The notes under the pieces were generated by a model. It searched no databases and had not been told where the DNA came from. It saw only the letters and a program-made list of their open reading frames with translations. Shown in pieces: positions 8,235 to 18,464 of a stretch of DNA of 50,058 nt. A program made the translations under genes and the position numbers. Each line of letters starts with the position of its first letter. The first letter of the stretch is position 1. Source of the DNA: Eubacteriales bacterium (GTDB taxonomy: Bacteria > Bacillota > Clostridia > Oscillospirales > CAG-272); assembly GCA_045586225.1 (NCBI GenBank), contig JAZMZX010000101.1, forward strand, positions 1-50,058, given 5' to 3'.

Positions 8235-9209
8235 TCAGGCTCCGAGAAGATTCTGATCGAAGGCGAAGAGCACCTCGTTTATCTCGAAAACGTTATAGTT
8301 TCCGGCCTTGATGAAGTATTCGATGATGAGGTCGAACTCATTGCTGTGGGAAAGGGCGTATCCCGCCTTTTTCAAAAGCTCCTCCGTTTCGTGAAGGGGA
8401 AGCTCAAGAGCCACGGCAAAGGCGATGGCGGTTTGCTTTGAGGGCTTATAGTGAGGGTCCTTGCGTATCTTTGAAAAGAGCTTGCGGTCAACGTTTGCCT
8501 TTTTATAGCAGTCGGAATCCTTCATGCCGCGCTCGTCTATCTTGCGCAGGAGCATTTCCGTGAAGCTTTCGTCAAGCTCAAAGTGAAGGTCGTCGGCGGA
8601 GATGGCCTTCGCCATGGGCACGGATTCCATGAGGGGCATGAAGCCGCCGTCGTAGCGTCTGCCGCGGCGGTTTGCGTGGGCTTCGGCATAGTTATCGTCT
8701 ATGTATTCCTTAACGGATGAGAGAAGCTTTTCGCTGACCTTGTAAGACGCGCGGTCGAAAACCACCAGATAAACGGTCATATCGTGGCTGATGACGAAAT
8801 CTCCGATTACGTCCACAGCTACCCTGAGTGCCTCCGCCTTGGGGTATCCGTACACTCCGGACGATATGAGAGGGAAGGCAACGGAGTCGCATCCGTGCTC
8901 AAGGGCAAGCTCAAGGGATTTTCGGTAGCAGGACCTGAGAAGAGCCTCCTCGCCGTTTTGTCCGCCGCGCCACACGGGGCCGACGGTGTGTATCACCCGC
9001 TTTGCGGGCAAACGGTAGCCATCCGTGATCTTTGCTTCTCCCGTGGGGCAGCCGCCGAGAGTGCGGCACTCCCAGAGAAGCCCGGGGCCTGCAGCTGCGT
9101 GTATGGCGCCGTCCACACCTCCGCCTCCGAGAAGGGAGGAGTTTGCGGCGTTTACGATGGCATCCACCTTTAATTTGGTTATATCCTGTCTTATGATGTG
9201 TAGCGGCAT
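8235..9209 (-). CDS. macrodomain (O-acetyl-ADP-ribose deacetylase-like) protein with C-terminal XRE-like HTH
   Basis: Start ATG 9209 with RBS AAGGAG. Macro motifs [45 protein letters not shown]. The C-terminus [30 protein letters not shown] resembles an HTH. Confidence 0.9.
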   Translation of the reverse strand: MPLHIIRQDITKLKVDAIVNAANSSLLGGGGVDGAIHAAAGPGLLWECRTLGGCPTGEAKITDGYRLPAKRVIHTVGPVWRGGQNGEEALLRSCYRKSLELALEHGCDSVAFPLISSGVYGYPKAEALRVAVDVIGDFVISHDMTVYLVVFDRASYKVSEKLLSSVKEYIDDNYAEAHANRRGRRYDGGFMPLMESVPMAKAISADDLHFELDESFTEMLLRKIDERGMKDSDCYKKANVDRKLFSKIRKDPHYKPSKQTAIAFAVALELPLHETEELLKKAGYALSHSNEFDLIIEYFIKAGNYNVFEINEVLFAFDQNLLGA

Positions 9210-9287
9210 ATGGGCTCCTTTGTTCGTTTGCTTTGTTACTGTAAGTATACCACACCCCTGCGAAAATATCAAATTCTCAGTCATTGC

Positions 9288-9316
9288 TTGAAAAAACCGC
9301 AGAAATTTGTTATGAT
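9288..9316 (+). promoter_or_regulatory. sigma-A promoter for the MATE gene
   Basis: TTGAAA-17 nt-TATGAT. Confidence 0.6.
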
Positions 9317-9351
9317 ATTCGGAGCGAGAACAAAACCGAAAAGAAAGATAT

Positions 9352-10755
9352 ATGAAGAAAAAAACGTTATTATCAGATAAAGAGCACCGCGCGGGCGCTC
9401 TTGCCACGGCGGCCTTGATCATGACGCTTGCATGGCCAACCATAGCCGAGCAGGTGATGCAGACGGCGGCGCAGTATATAGACACGGCGATGGTCGGCGT
9501 CCTTGGCACGGACGCAACTGCCGCCGTCGGCTCAACGGGCACTGTGGGCTGGCTCGTGTTCAGCACTATCTCCGCCTTTGGCGTTGGCTTCCTTTCTCTC
9601 ATTGCCCGTGCCTGCGGCGCCGGCGACAGGGAAGAGGCGAGGAGAGTTTCTGCGCAGGCGGTGATCGTGGTGCTTTTCGTGGGCGCCCTTTTCACGGCGC
9701 TTCCCCTTGCTTTAAGCGGGATGGTGCCCCGCTGGATGCAGGTGGACGAGGGCATAAGGGAGCTTGCCTCCGCCTACTTTTTCATCCTCTACCTGCCCAC
9801 CCTTCCGCGAACGGCGACAACCATTTTCGGCACGGTGCTCCGTGCAGCGGGCGACACGAAAACGCCTATGAAGGTGGGCGTTATCGTGAATTTAATGAAC
9901 GTTATATTGAATTTCATTCTGATATATCCCACGCGCACGGTGACGCTTTTGGGCAAAAGCTTCACGCTCTTTGGCGCGGGGTGGGGAGTTATCGGCGCGG
10001 CGGCGGCCTCCGCCATCGCCTTCACGTGGGGCGGTATACATATCACCATAGCGCTGTGGCGGCATCCCGTTGTGTCTCCCCGCGGCGCAAGGCTTGCTCC
10101 CGACAGGGAGATTTTGCTCCCTTCATTTAAGATCACCTTTCCGAACATACTTCAGCGCTTCGGCACCTCCTTCGGCTACGTTGCCTTCGCTCCCCTGATC
10201 TAATCGATAGGTGAGATAGCAACGGCGGCGCACACTATTGCAAACACCGTTGAATCGGCATTTTACATCCCCGGCTACGGAATGCAGACGGCCGCCGCAA
10301 CCCTTGCGGGCAACGCATACGGCGCCAAGGATAAAAAGCAGATGAAGGCGGTGTCCTCAATGTTCATTCCCATTGAGACGGCGCTGATGGTGCTTTCCGG
10401 CGCAGCCCTCTTCTTCTCGGCGCCCTTTCTGATGACGCTCTTCTCCGATAATAAAGAGGTCATTGAGCTTGGCCAAACGGTGCTTCGCATGGTGGCCCTT
10501 TCGGAGCCCATCTTCGGCTTTTCCATCATCGTTGAAGGCATGATGATGGGGGTGGGAAAGACTAAAGCTCCCTTCGTTTATAACCTGCTCGGAATGTGGG
10601 GTGTCCGCATCGTGTGTACCTACGTCTGCACGCAGGTCCTGGGTATGGGGCTTATCTCAGCCTGGGCTTGCATGATAGGACACAACGTGCTCCTTTTCGT
10701 GCTTTATCTCATCTCGTACGTGAGAGGAACCTGGAATCCGCTGAAGGAGAAATAA
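9352..10755 (+). pseudogene. MATE family efflux transporter interrupted by an in-frame TAA at 10201-10203
   Basis: ORFs 9352..10203 and 10282..10755 share a frame. The intervening sequence SIGEIATAAHTIANTVESAFYIPGYG is MATE-like. Other motifs: IDTAMVG, GDTKTPM, GVIGAAAASAI. Confidence 0.85.
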
Positions 10756-10759
10756 ATAA

Positions 10760-10793
10760 CACGGCAGGGGGCTCCCTGCCGTGCTTGCTTTTT
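10760..10793. terminator. terminator between convergent genes
   Basis: CACGGCAGGG-GGCT-CCCTGCCGTG followed by a T-rich tract. Confidence 0.7.
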
Positions 10794-11929
10794 CAATCAT
10801 ACTTGTGAGGGTCGTTTTTCTTGAAATATTCGATCAGCTCCTCTTTTTTTGTGAGGATTCTCTCAAGCTGAGCCTTAAACCGTGGGTCTTCACGAATGGA
10901 ATCAAACCAAGCCCAGTCGGATACGTTCGTCATCGCATCCACTGCGAAGTCCACACCTTGAAATTTGTCGCCCCATCTGTTTTTTCGCGCTTCGATAAAG
11001 GGGGAATCGCTTGTGAAACAGTCTTCTTTCAGAGCGTCAGCCTGCATTATCCACATATCGACAGCTTTTGTCAGCTCCTCTATCGCCCTCTCTGTCTCTC
11101 CGACTCCTGCATAGCCGCCCGCGATCTGAGTCTGATACACCGACCGCTCCCAGATCATAATGGAATTGTGTACCCTGCCGTCTTTTCTGTATGGCTTGCC
11201 GATCACGGCGTCTATCACGTCGTTTGCGTATTTCCTTGAAACGATCACATCTTCTGGTAACTGGCAAGCAGTGACGAATGACATTTCAAGATAAATGAGA
11301 TTTGCCATGATCGCTTCGCTTCCGTAATGCAGCGCCTTTTCGCGGTCGTTTCTTATCCTGTATCTTTCTTTAAGAACGGTATTTGCGTTTGGATTGTGGG
11401 CGGCGGGGATGTACTTGATCCAATCCCCCACTTCTTCCTCGGGCACAGCCTTCACAAGAGAGCTCACGATCTGCCTGAATTGCCACGCGTCCTTCACAGT
11501 GCAGCTTTTCAATCCCTCGGAGGCGTATCTGCGCAGCTCGGGCAGAACTGGATCGAATGACTCCGGCGTCGGATATACGAGTACGCGGCAGATCGCTTGC
11601 TTGATGTACCAATTATTCGGGTACTCTCTTTCGAGACTGCGCAACTTTGACAGTGCTGCGGGCTTGTTGTTATTTTCATTCAGCTCGTAGCATTCGGATA
11701 CGATATCCCGTATCCTGTCTTCGTTGCTTTCAGTCCCAAGAAGTTCTTCGAGGCTCACCTCGAAAAAACGGGCAAGCTCAGGCAAAAACTCGATGTCGGG
11801 GTATGCAAGACCGTTTTCCCAACGGCTGACCGCCTGATACGTTACGCCGAGATATTCGGCAACGGCGTCCTGGGTGACGTTTTTCTCGCTTCTTAGTCTT
11901 TTCAGATTCTCACCAACGTATAACTTCAA
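10793..11929 (-). CDS. XRE-family HTH regulator with a large helical (TPR-like) C-terminal region
   Basis: N-terminal LKRLRSEKNVTQDAVAEYLGVTYQAVSRWENG..PD..L..LA.FFEVSLEELLG; TTG start. Confidence 0.85.
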   Translation of the reverse strand: MKLYVGENLKRLRSEKNVTQDAVAEYLGVTYQAVSRWENGLAYPDIEFLPELARFFEVSLEELLGTESNEDRIRDIVSECYELNENNNKPAALSKLRSLEREYPNNWYIKQAICRVLVYPTPESFDPVLPELRRYASEGLKSCTVKDAWQFRQIVSSLVKAVPEEEVGDWIKYIPAAHNPNANTVLKERYRIRNDREKALHYGSEAIMANLIYLEMSFVTACQLPEDVIVSRKYANDVIDAVIGKPYRKDGRVHNSIMIWERSVYQTQIAGGYAGVGETERAIEELTKAVDMWIMQADALKEDCFTSDSPFIEARKNRWGDKFQGVDFAVDAMTNVSDWAWFDSIREDPRFKAQLERILTKKEELIEYFKKNDPHKYD

Positions 11930-12065
11930 AATATCACTTCCTTTTGAAAAATCAAAACCGGCTTTGTGGTTTTATTATATCCTTTATCACGGGCGAACAC
12001 AATAAATTATAAGGCGCTTTATCTAAACCGTAGATTTAGCGCTCTATCGTTCGTTTCGGCAAACC

Positions 12066-12103
12066 AAAAGATCCCCTGCAACAAAAATTGCAGAGGATCT
12101 TTT
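12066..12103. terminator. intrinsic terminator
   Basis: AAAAGATCCCCTGCAA..TTGCAGAGGATCTTTT, an imperfect hairpin. Confidence 0.7.
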
Positions 12104-12107
12104 ATAT

Positions 12108-13466
12108 TTACCGTTCTTTCATATTTTTGCGTGCCTTTTCGAGGACCTTGTTGTAGGGCATAAGCATGCCCTCTGTCATCTTGCCGCCCGCCTTCGCCTT
12201 CAGCTTCGGGGATGCCATAAGTGCGCCCACGGCGTACATCATCACCATTCTGCCCCAATGCTTCTGGGGGAAGTCGTACTGACCGTGCTTTTTGTAGAAT
12301 TTGTGGTCGGCGCGCATCATCCCTTGCATCAGCCAGATAAGGTCGCGGAAGATCTTCATGCCGCCGATGCCGAGAAAGTTCTGGGGCGGCACGTATTTGT
12401 TTTTGAGTGCGTATTCAAGCTCGAGGGCAAGGTCGTCGATCTCGCGGTCGGGGTCCGTTTCGTCTGTGGCAACTCCCGCAAGGTGGTTGCCTCCCACCTG
12501 AGCGCGGCCTTCAACGATCATGGAAAGATTCTGCTCCTCGGAATAGTTTCCCGAAATGAGATATCCCATGGGCATTCCCATGGTGACGGTGCGGTGGCCG
12601 TTGCAGAATTGACGGTCGTCGTAGAGCTTGAAGGAGGCGCCCATGGAGTGATCCTTGATGGAGAATGCGAAAACGATGGCTTCCGCCGTCTGGATGCTGT
12701 TTCTGAGAAAATCGTCAAAGCCGTCCTTCCAGATGCATTTGCCGCTGACGGCGCAGTTGAAGCAGCCCAGGCATCCGCCGCTGAAGGGGTATTCGCGTAT
12801 GTTGATAACTCTCGTTTTTCGTGGCAAAACGGCGCGGAAGCGCTCTGTCATCGCCAAAAGACGGGTATCGTCTTCTTCTCTGTTCGTCAGGATAACGACG
12901 TCGCCCAGGGTCTTTTCTTCCGTTGCTGCGGGAACAGTTGCGGGAACGTGCTTCGGCGCTGTGGAGGTGACGGCGCGGCGCTCGTAAATACCGTTTTCCA
13001 TGGAGTGGACAACGTGGTCGAGGAAGCTTTCCGCGTCGCGGCGACCCTTTTCGGTGGTCAGGTCGTCCATGTCGGCGGAAAGGCCGCGCACGTAGCGAAG
13101 GCCCAGGTCGCGGCAGTTGTCCTCAACGTAGCGGTGAGCCGTCACGTCGTAAAAATGCTTGGATGTGGAAAGCTGAGTTGCGTATTTTCCCGCCACGGAG
13201 ATGCCCGACTCCTTCAGCAGCTCAATGAATCTGTGAAGCTGCCAGGGGGCGATAAAGGTGTATACGGGATATGAGAAAAGGAGAAGGTCCGCTGCTTCGA
13301 TGGCTCCCTTCAGGGAGGAAAAATCCTTTTCGATGGCGCGGATGCGCTGTCCTACGTTTTCTATTATAAATTCGTGCTCGGGATGGATGATGGAAAGGTA
13401 ATGCACCGTTTGCAGGGTGACGCTTGCGTTTCCCTTGGGGCTTCCGTTGATAACCAATATCTTCAT
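12108..13466 (-). CDS. two-domain flavodoxin-like NAD(P)H-dependent oxidoreductase with Fe-S motif
   Basis: ILVINGSPKG and FSYPVY in domain 1; CLGCFNCAVSGKC (iron-sulfur flavoprotein-like motif) in domain 2. Confidence 0.8.
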   Translation of the reverse strand: MKILVINGSPKGNASVTLQTVHYLSIIHPEHEFIIENVGQRIRAIEKDFSSLKGAIEAADLLLFSYPVYTFIAPWQLHRFIELLKESGISVAGKYATQLSTSKHFYDVTAHRYVEDNCRDLGLRYVRGLSADMDDLTTEKGRRDAESFLDHVVHSMENGIYERRAVTSTAPKHVPATVPAATEEKTLGDVVILTNREEDDTRLLAMTERFRAVLPRKTRVINIREYPFSGGCLGCFNCAVSGKCIWKDGFDDFLRNSIQTAEAIVFAFSIKDHSMGASFKLYDDRQFCNGHRTVTMGMPMGYLISGNYSEEQNLSMIVEGRAQVGGNHLAGVATDETDPDREIDDLALELEYALKNKYVPPQNFLGIGGMKIFRDLIWLMQGMMRADHKFYKKHGQYDFPQKHWGRMVMMYAVGALMASPKLKAKAGGKMTEGMLMPYNKVLEKARKNMKER

Positions 13467-13570
13467 AAAGTCGCACCTCCAAAAGTTAAGCTCCGTGCTG
13501 TACTGTTCCTTTATTCTAACACAACAAAGGCACCGATAACAAGCAAAAGTAAAGATTTACGGCCGAATTC

Positions 13571-13599
13571 TTGAACTGGCGGGACGGGTGTGCTAAAAT
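13571..13599 (+). promoter_or_regulatory. sigma-A promoter
   Basis: TTGAAC-17 nt-TAAAAT with TG extension. Confidence 0.55.
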
Positions 13600-13630
13600 A
13601 TGACGTAGAAAATTACGGCGGGAGGCAGAA

Positions 13631-14602
13631 ATGGACATTTTGCTTTATATTCTCATAGCCGCAGCGGTGCTTGCCGCGGCAGTGCTCATCATAGCATACG
13701 TGTGCTTTCGCATGGCATTTTTCGTGAAGGAGAAGGTCCTCGTGGATGCGGAGCATTTCAGTCTTCCCCCCGGAGACGTATACGAGCCCTACCGCGATAC
13801 CATGAAAAAATGGATGATCGAAACGGAAAAGCTTCCTTTCGAAAGGCTCTCCGTCACCTCCCACGACGGTCTTACCCTCTGCGGTAAATACTTCGAATAC
13901 GCACCCGGCGCGCCCATTGAGCTGATGTTTCACGGCTACCGCGGCTCTGCTGAGCGCGATCTTTGCGGCGGAGTTCAGCGCTGCTTCGCCCTTGGCAGAA
14001 GCGCCCTTATCGTGGATCAGCGCGCAAGCGGCAGAAGCGACGGAAGAGTGATCTCCTTCGGCATCAACGAAAGCCGCGATTGCGTTGCGTGGGTACATAA
14101 AATGATCGAACGCTTCGGCAATGACGTGAAGATAATCATCACGGGCATTTCCATGGGCGCCGCAACCGTTATGATGGCGGCGGCAGAGGAGCTGCCTTCG
14201 AACGTGATCGGAGCTCTCGCAGACTGCGGATACAATTCCGCACGCGACATTATAAAAAAGACCATACGGGAAATGAAGCTTCCGCCGTCATTGGCGTATC
14301 CCTTCGTCCGTCTCGGTGCCATAGTGTACGGCGGATTCGATCCCGACAGCAATTCCCCCGAAAAGGCAATGAAAAAGTGCCGCTTGCCCATTATTTTCAT
14401 TCATGGCGAGGCTGACGATTACGTTCCCTGTGAGATGAGCCGCATCAATTACGAGGCCTGCACAGCACCGAAGGTGCTGATGACGGTGCCCGGCGCGGGG
14501 CACGGCATTTCGTACCTTGCGGACGGGGATGGCTACCTCCGCACCCTCGCAGATTTTTCAAGCGAGTATATCACGCCCACAAAGATCGTTGCCGGAAAAT
14601 AA
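13631..14602 (+). CDS. membrane-anchored alpha/beta hydrolase
   Basis: N-terminal TM segment; FHGY, GISMG nucleophile elbow, IHGEADDYVP and GAGHG. Confidence 0.88.
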   Translation: MDILLYILIAAAVLAAAVLIIAYVCFRMAFFVKEKVLVDAEHFSLPPGDVYEPYRDTMKKWMIETEKLPFERLSVTSHDGLTLCGKYFEYAPGAPIELMFHGYRGSAERDLCGGVQRCFALGRSALIVDQRASGRSDGRVISFGINESRDCVAWVHKMIERFGNDVKIIITGISMGAATVMMAAAEELPSNVIGALADCGYNSARDIIKKTIREMKLPPSLAYPFVRLGAIVYGGFDPDSNSPEKAMKKCRLPIIFIHGEADDYVPCEMSRINYEACTAPKVLMTVPGAGHGISYLADGDGYLRTLADFSSEYITPTKIVAGK

Positions 14603-14621
14603 GCAGCCGGCGACCGAAGCA

Positions 14622-14661
14622 TAAAAATAACCCCGACGGTATCCCGTCGGGGTTTATTTTT
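14622..14661. terminator. bidirectional terminator
   Basis: AAAAATAACCCCGACGG-TATC-CCGTCGGGGTTTATTTTT. Confidence 0.85.
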
Positions 14662-14667
14662 GTTTGC

Positions 14668-16434
14668 TTACACGTTCAGCGCGTAGTAGAGACCGCGCTT
14701 TTCCATAAGCTCTGCGTGAGTTCCCTGCTCCGCGATACCCTTGTTTGAGATATAGAGTATGCGGTCGGCATTGCGGATGGTGGAAAGCCTGTGTGCAACA
14801 ATGAAGGCGGTCTTATCCTTGATGATAACGTCCAGCGCCTCCTTGATGAGGTTTTCCGTTTCCGTGTCGATGGAGGAGGTGGCCTCGTCCAGAATGATGA
14901 CGGCGGGGTCCTTCAGAATGATGCGGGCAAAGCTGATAAGCTGCTTTTCGCCTGCGGAAAGTCCCTCGCCCCGCTCCTCAAGCACGTGGTCGTAGCCATC
15001 GCTGAGCTTTTCGATGCAGCGGTCGGCGTAGATGGCCTTTGCGGCGGCGATGCACTCCTCGTCGGTGGCATCAGGTCTGCCGTAGCGGATATTCTCCATA
15101 ACGGAGCCCTTGAAGATGAAGGGGTCCTGCATCAGCACGCCCACGCCGCGGCGCAGCGAATCGAGGGTGACGCTTCTCACGTCCTTGCCGTCGATGGTGA
15201 CGGAGCCCTCACGCACGTCGTAGAAGCGGGTGAGCATATTGATAACGGTGGTCTTGCCGGCTCCCGTGGGACCAACAAGTGCCACGGTCTCGCCGGGGGA
15301 AACGTGAAGGTCGAAGTGCTCGAGGATGTTCACGCCCTCGTCGTAGGCGAAGGTAACGTCGTTGAAGTCAACCTGACCCTTGATGTTTTCAAGCACCTCG
15401 CTTCCGTCCTCATCCTTGATGGTGACGGGGTAGTCGATGGTGTCGAACACACGCTCAAGGTTTGAGCTGACCTGAGCCAGATTCTGCACGATGATGGCGA
15501 TCATGGTGAGGGGGCCCGAGAACTGTGACATATACGTGGTGAAGGTGGTCATAAGACCTACGTTGATGATGGGGTCGCCGTTTATGAGCATGCCGAGAGC
15601 CACCGCGTAAAGAGCGAGAGTGCCCACGTTCCAAAAGAGCTCGACGATGGGGGTGTTCAGCTCGTTTTTGGTGTAGATCCTTCTCCAGTGTGAGAGGGTG
15701 GCGCCGTGGACCTCACCGTATATCTCCTCGTTCAGCTCGGTGCGGTTGTAGTTTTTCACGATCTTTTCGCCCATTATGGATTCAACGAGGAATGCGGTCC
15801 TGTTCGAAACCTTTGCGCGGTGGATGGTGAAAAGCTTTCTTATGGTGTAGCGGAGAGTGAAAACGCACACCATAAGGGGAATTACCGTCGCAAAAACGAT
15901 GAGGGTAAGCTTGGGGGAAAGTGTCAGCATGAAGACGGTCACAACGACGATCTTGATGATGTAGATAACGAACATCATAACGAAGTTCGTGAAGAAGTTC
16001 GCAAGGCCGTTTACGTATTCGGTAACACGGACGACGATCTTGCCGTTGGGACGGTTGTCGAAGTAGTCGAAGGGGAGCTCCTGAAGCTTATAGAAGATGT
16101 CCTCTCTTATCTTCGCGATAAGGGTGTGTCCCGTTTTTCCCATGAGGCGGGAATGAACGAAGGTGATGCCGATCTCAATGGCGGCAAGGGCTGCCATTGA
16201 AAGCACCATATAAACGAGGGAGGCGTAGTCCTCATTGGGGATGACCACGTCCGTGATGCGCTTCAGCACCAGCGGAGGAATGAGGGCAACGAGAGAGGAA
16301 ACGAACATGAGAAGTCCCACAAGGCCGAACACCTTCTTATGGGGGATGATGTAGCGGAGGGTCCTGCCCAGCTGCTTCAAGTCTATCTTGCGCTCAATGA
16401 CCTCGTCCTGAAAGTAAGTGTTTCTTTTTGCCAT
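14668..16434 (-). CDS. ABC exporter ATP-binding/permease subunit
   Basis: TMD plus NBD: GPTGAGKT, LSAGEKQ, ILDEATSSID, AHRLST. Confidence 0.92.
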   Translation of the reverse strand: MAKRNTYFQDEVIERKIDLKQLGRTLRYIIPHKKVFGLVGLLMFVSSLVALIPPLVLKRITDVVIPNEDYASLVYMVLSMAALAAIEIGITFVHSRLMGKTGHTLIAKIREDIFYKLQELPFDYFDNRPNGKIVVRVTEYVNGLANFFTNFVMMFVIYIIKIVVVTVFMLTLSPKLTLIVFATVIPLMVCVFTLRYTIRKLFTIHRAKVSNRTAFLVESIMGEKIVKNYNRTELNEEIYGEVHGATLSHWRRIYTKNELNTPIVELFWNVGTLALYAVALGMLINGDPIINVGLMTTFTTYMSQFSGPLTMIAIIVQNLAQVSSNLERVFDTIDYPVTIKDEDGSEVLENIKGQVDFNDVTFAYDEGVNILEHFDLHVSPGETVALVGPTGAGKTTVINMLTRFYDVREGSVTIDGKDVRSVTLDSLRRGVGVLMQDPFIFKGSVMENIRYGRPDATDEECIAAAKAIYADRCIEKLSDGYDHVLEERGEGLSAGEKQLISFARIILKDPAVIILDEATSSIDTETENLIKEALDVIIKDKTAFIVAHRLSTIRNADRILYISNKGIAEQGTHAELMEKRGLYYALNV

Positions 16435-16440
16435 TTTGCC

Positions 16441-18267
16441 TTACCTCCTTTCCGCTGCGAGTGCGTCGTAGTCCACGACGGACGCGCGCTGTGCCATCTG
16501 GATGTTATATACCTCGCAGAAGTCGCCGCCGAGAGCCATCAGCTCCTTGAAGGTGCCGCGCTCGGTGATAACGCCCTCCTTCAGATATATGATCTCGTCA
16601 CAGTCCACAACGGAGGAGAGACGGTGTGCGGTGATGATAACGGTTTTGTCGCTGTACTCCTTGCTGATAGTGTTGAGGAGCCGCTTTTCGGTGTTCACGT
16701 CGAGAGCGGAGGTGGAGTCGTCGAATATGAGCACGGGCGCATTCTTGAGAAGGGCGCGTGCAATGGAGAGACGCTGCTTCTGACCGCCCGAGATTCCGAG
16801 ACCGCGCTCGCCGACGATGGTCCTGTAGCCCTCGGAAAGCTCGGTGATGAATTTGTGAGCCTCGGCGTCTTTTGCTGCCTTGTAAACGAATTCATCGTCT
16901 ATTTCGGGGTCGCTGTAGGCGATGTTGGATTCAACGGTGTTCGAGAAGAGGAAAACGTCCTGGAAAACGTACGAATAAAGGTCACGCAGATTTTTGAGGC
17001 TGTATGCCTTTATGTCGTTTCCGTCAACGGTGATGGAGCCGGAGGAGGTGTCGTGTATGCGCACGAGGGATTTCAGAAGCACGCTCTTGCCGGCGCCGGT
17101 GCTGCCCACGATGCCGAGCTTTTTGCCGTAGGGAATGTCCACGGTGATGCCGTCGAGCACCTTTGTGTCGGCAATGGTAACGGAAACGTTATCGAGTTTG
17201 ATGTGGGGAGCCTCTGAGGTGAGGGTGCTTTCCTTTTCATCGGGGATGCGGGAATCGCATTCGATGAAGGCGCGCATCTTGTTGCCCGCCACCATCTGCT
17301 GCTGCATCTGGAAAAGGGTATTGTTGATCTGGGTCACGTGGTCCATGATCTTCATAACGTAGGAGGAGCAGGTGGCGATATAGCCTATGAGCATATGTCC
17401 CTCGATAACGAGGACGGCGCCGATGGCGAGAGTGCCTATGTACGCGATCTGCTTGATGGAATTGAACACAACGTCAAACTTGGAGGAGAGCCACACCTGA
17501 TTGATGTGGGTGTTCTTAACCTCGCTGTTGGAAACGTCGAACTTTCTCTTTTCAAGCTCCTCGTTTGTGAAGGAGCGCACCAGGCGCACAGCCTCGATGT
17601 TTTCCTGCACCGTAAGGCTCATCTTACTGTCGCTTTCGCGGATCTTGCGGAAGTTTTCACGGGCGCGGCGCCTGAATCTGATCAGAGTGAAGACCAGGAA
17701 GGGCATGAGCACCAGCGGAATAACGATGAACCTGATATTTATGGTGGAGAGCAGATAGATAGTGTAGGTGAGAACGAACACGCTGTCGATGATATTGGGG
17801 ATCATTCGCTGGAAGATCTCCTTGAACATGATGGTGTCGCTGTTGATTATCTGAAGAAGCTCGCCGGAGTTGTATTCGGAGACGGTCATGCTGTCAAGCT
17901 CCATGAGCTTTTTGTACGTGAGCATGCGCAGGTCGGTCTCAAGGTTCAGACCGAGGTGCTGATTGGTGGTGTTCTTTACGTAAATGAGAACGATCCTTGT
18001 GAGGATGAAGCCGAGATAGATCATGGCAACGTTCCAGAAAAATTCGTAGGTTCCCACGCCGCCGTATTCACCTGTGAGAAGGAAAGAGAACACGCCGCCC
18101 TTGCCCTCTTCAAAGGGAATGCCCTTGATAACATAGTTAAGAAGGATACCCGAAAGCATGGGGATCATCAGGTCTGCTATGATGGCGAGAAAGCTGATGA
18201 GCTGAGTGCATATCGCAAAGGGAACGTTGCGCTTCCAATATTTGAATCCGAATAACAGTGTCTTCAT
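16441..18267 (-). CDS. ABC exporter ATP-binding/permease subunit (heterodimer partner)
   Basis: GSTGAGKS, ISGGQKQ and a degenerate Walker B (FDDSTSALD), typical of heterodimeric exporters. Confidence 0.92.
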   Translation of the reverse strand: MKTLLFGFKYWKRNVPFAICTQLISFLAIIADLMIPMLSGILLNYVIKGIPFEEGKGGVFSFLLTGEYGGVGTYEFFWNVAMIYLGFILTRIVLIYVKNTTNQHLGLNLETDLRMLTYKKLMELDSMTVSEYNSGELLQIINSDTIMFKEIFQRMIPNIIDSVFVLTYTIYLLSTINIRFIVIPLVLMPFLVFTLIRFRRRARENFRKIRESDSKMSLTVQENIEAVRLVRSFTNEELEKRKFDVSNSEVKNTHINQVWLSSKFDVVFNSIKQIAYIGTLAIGAVLVIEGHMLIGYIATCSSYVMKIMDHVTQINNTLFQMQQQMVAGNKMRAFIECDSRIPDEKESTLTSEAPHIKLDNVSVTIADTKVLDGITVDIPYGKKLGIVGSTGAGKSVLLKSLVRIHDTSSGSITVDGNDIKAYSLKNLRDLYSYVFQDVFLFSNTVESNIAYSDPEIDDEFVYKAAKDAEAHKFITELSEGYRTIVGERGLGISGGQKQRLSIARALLKNAPVLIFDDSTSALDVNTEKRLLNTISKEYSDKTVIITAHRLSSVVDCDEIIYLKEGVITERGTFKELMALGGDFCEVYNIQMAQRASVVDYDALAAERR

Positions 18268-18425
18268 TTCTGATACCTGCCGTTCATACGCATTTATTTA
18301 GCGCTTAATTAATACAAGTTAATAATATTACAGTGGGTGGGGAAAGTCAATCACCGTCTGAAATGTTTACAAACTGCAGAAAAAATGTGAACATTGTGAA
18401 CAAAACAGCGAAAAAACGAAAAAAC

Positions 18426-18452
18426 GCGCCGTGCCCATCGGGCACGGCGGCA
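18426..18452 (-). terminator. terminator after GH16
   Basis: CGCCGTGCCC-ATC-GGGCACGGCG with an A-tract on the left (T-tract on the minus strand). Confidence 0.75.
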
Positions 18453-18464
18453 ATTCTTTTGCTA

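Noticed and set aside
9210-9755. 182-codon N-terminal extension of the macrodomain ORF in the track
   Set aside because: It overlaps the divergent MATE gene; the RBS-supported start is ATG 9209.
10201-10203. Programmed stop-codon recoding in the MATE gene
   Set aside because: TAA is not a Sec or Pyl codon and is used as a normal stop throughout the window.
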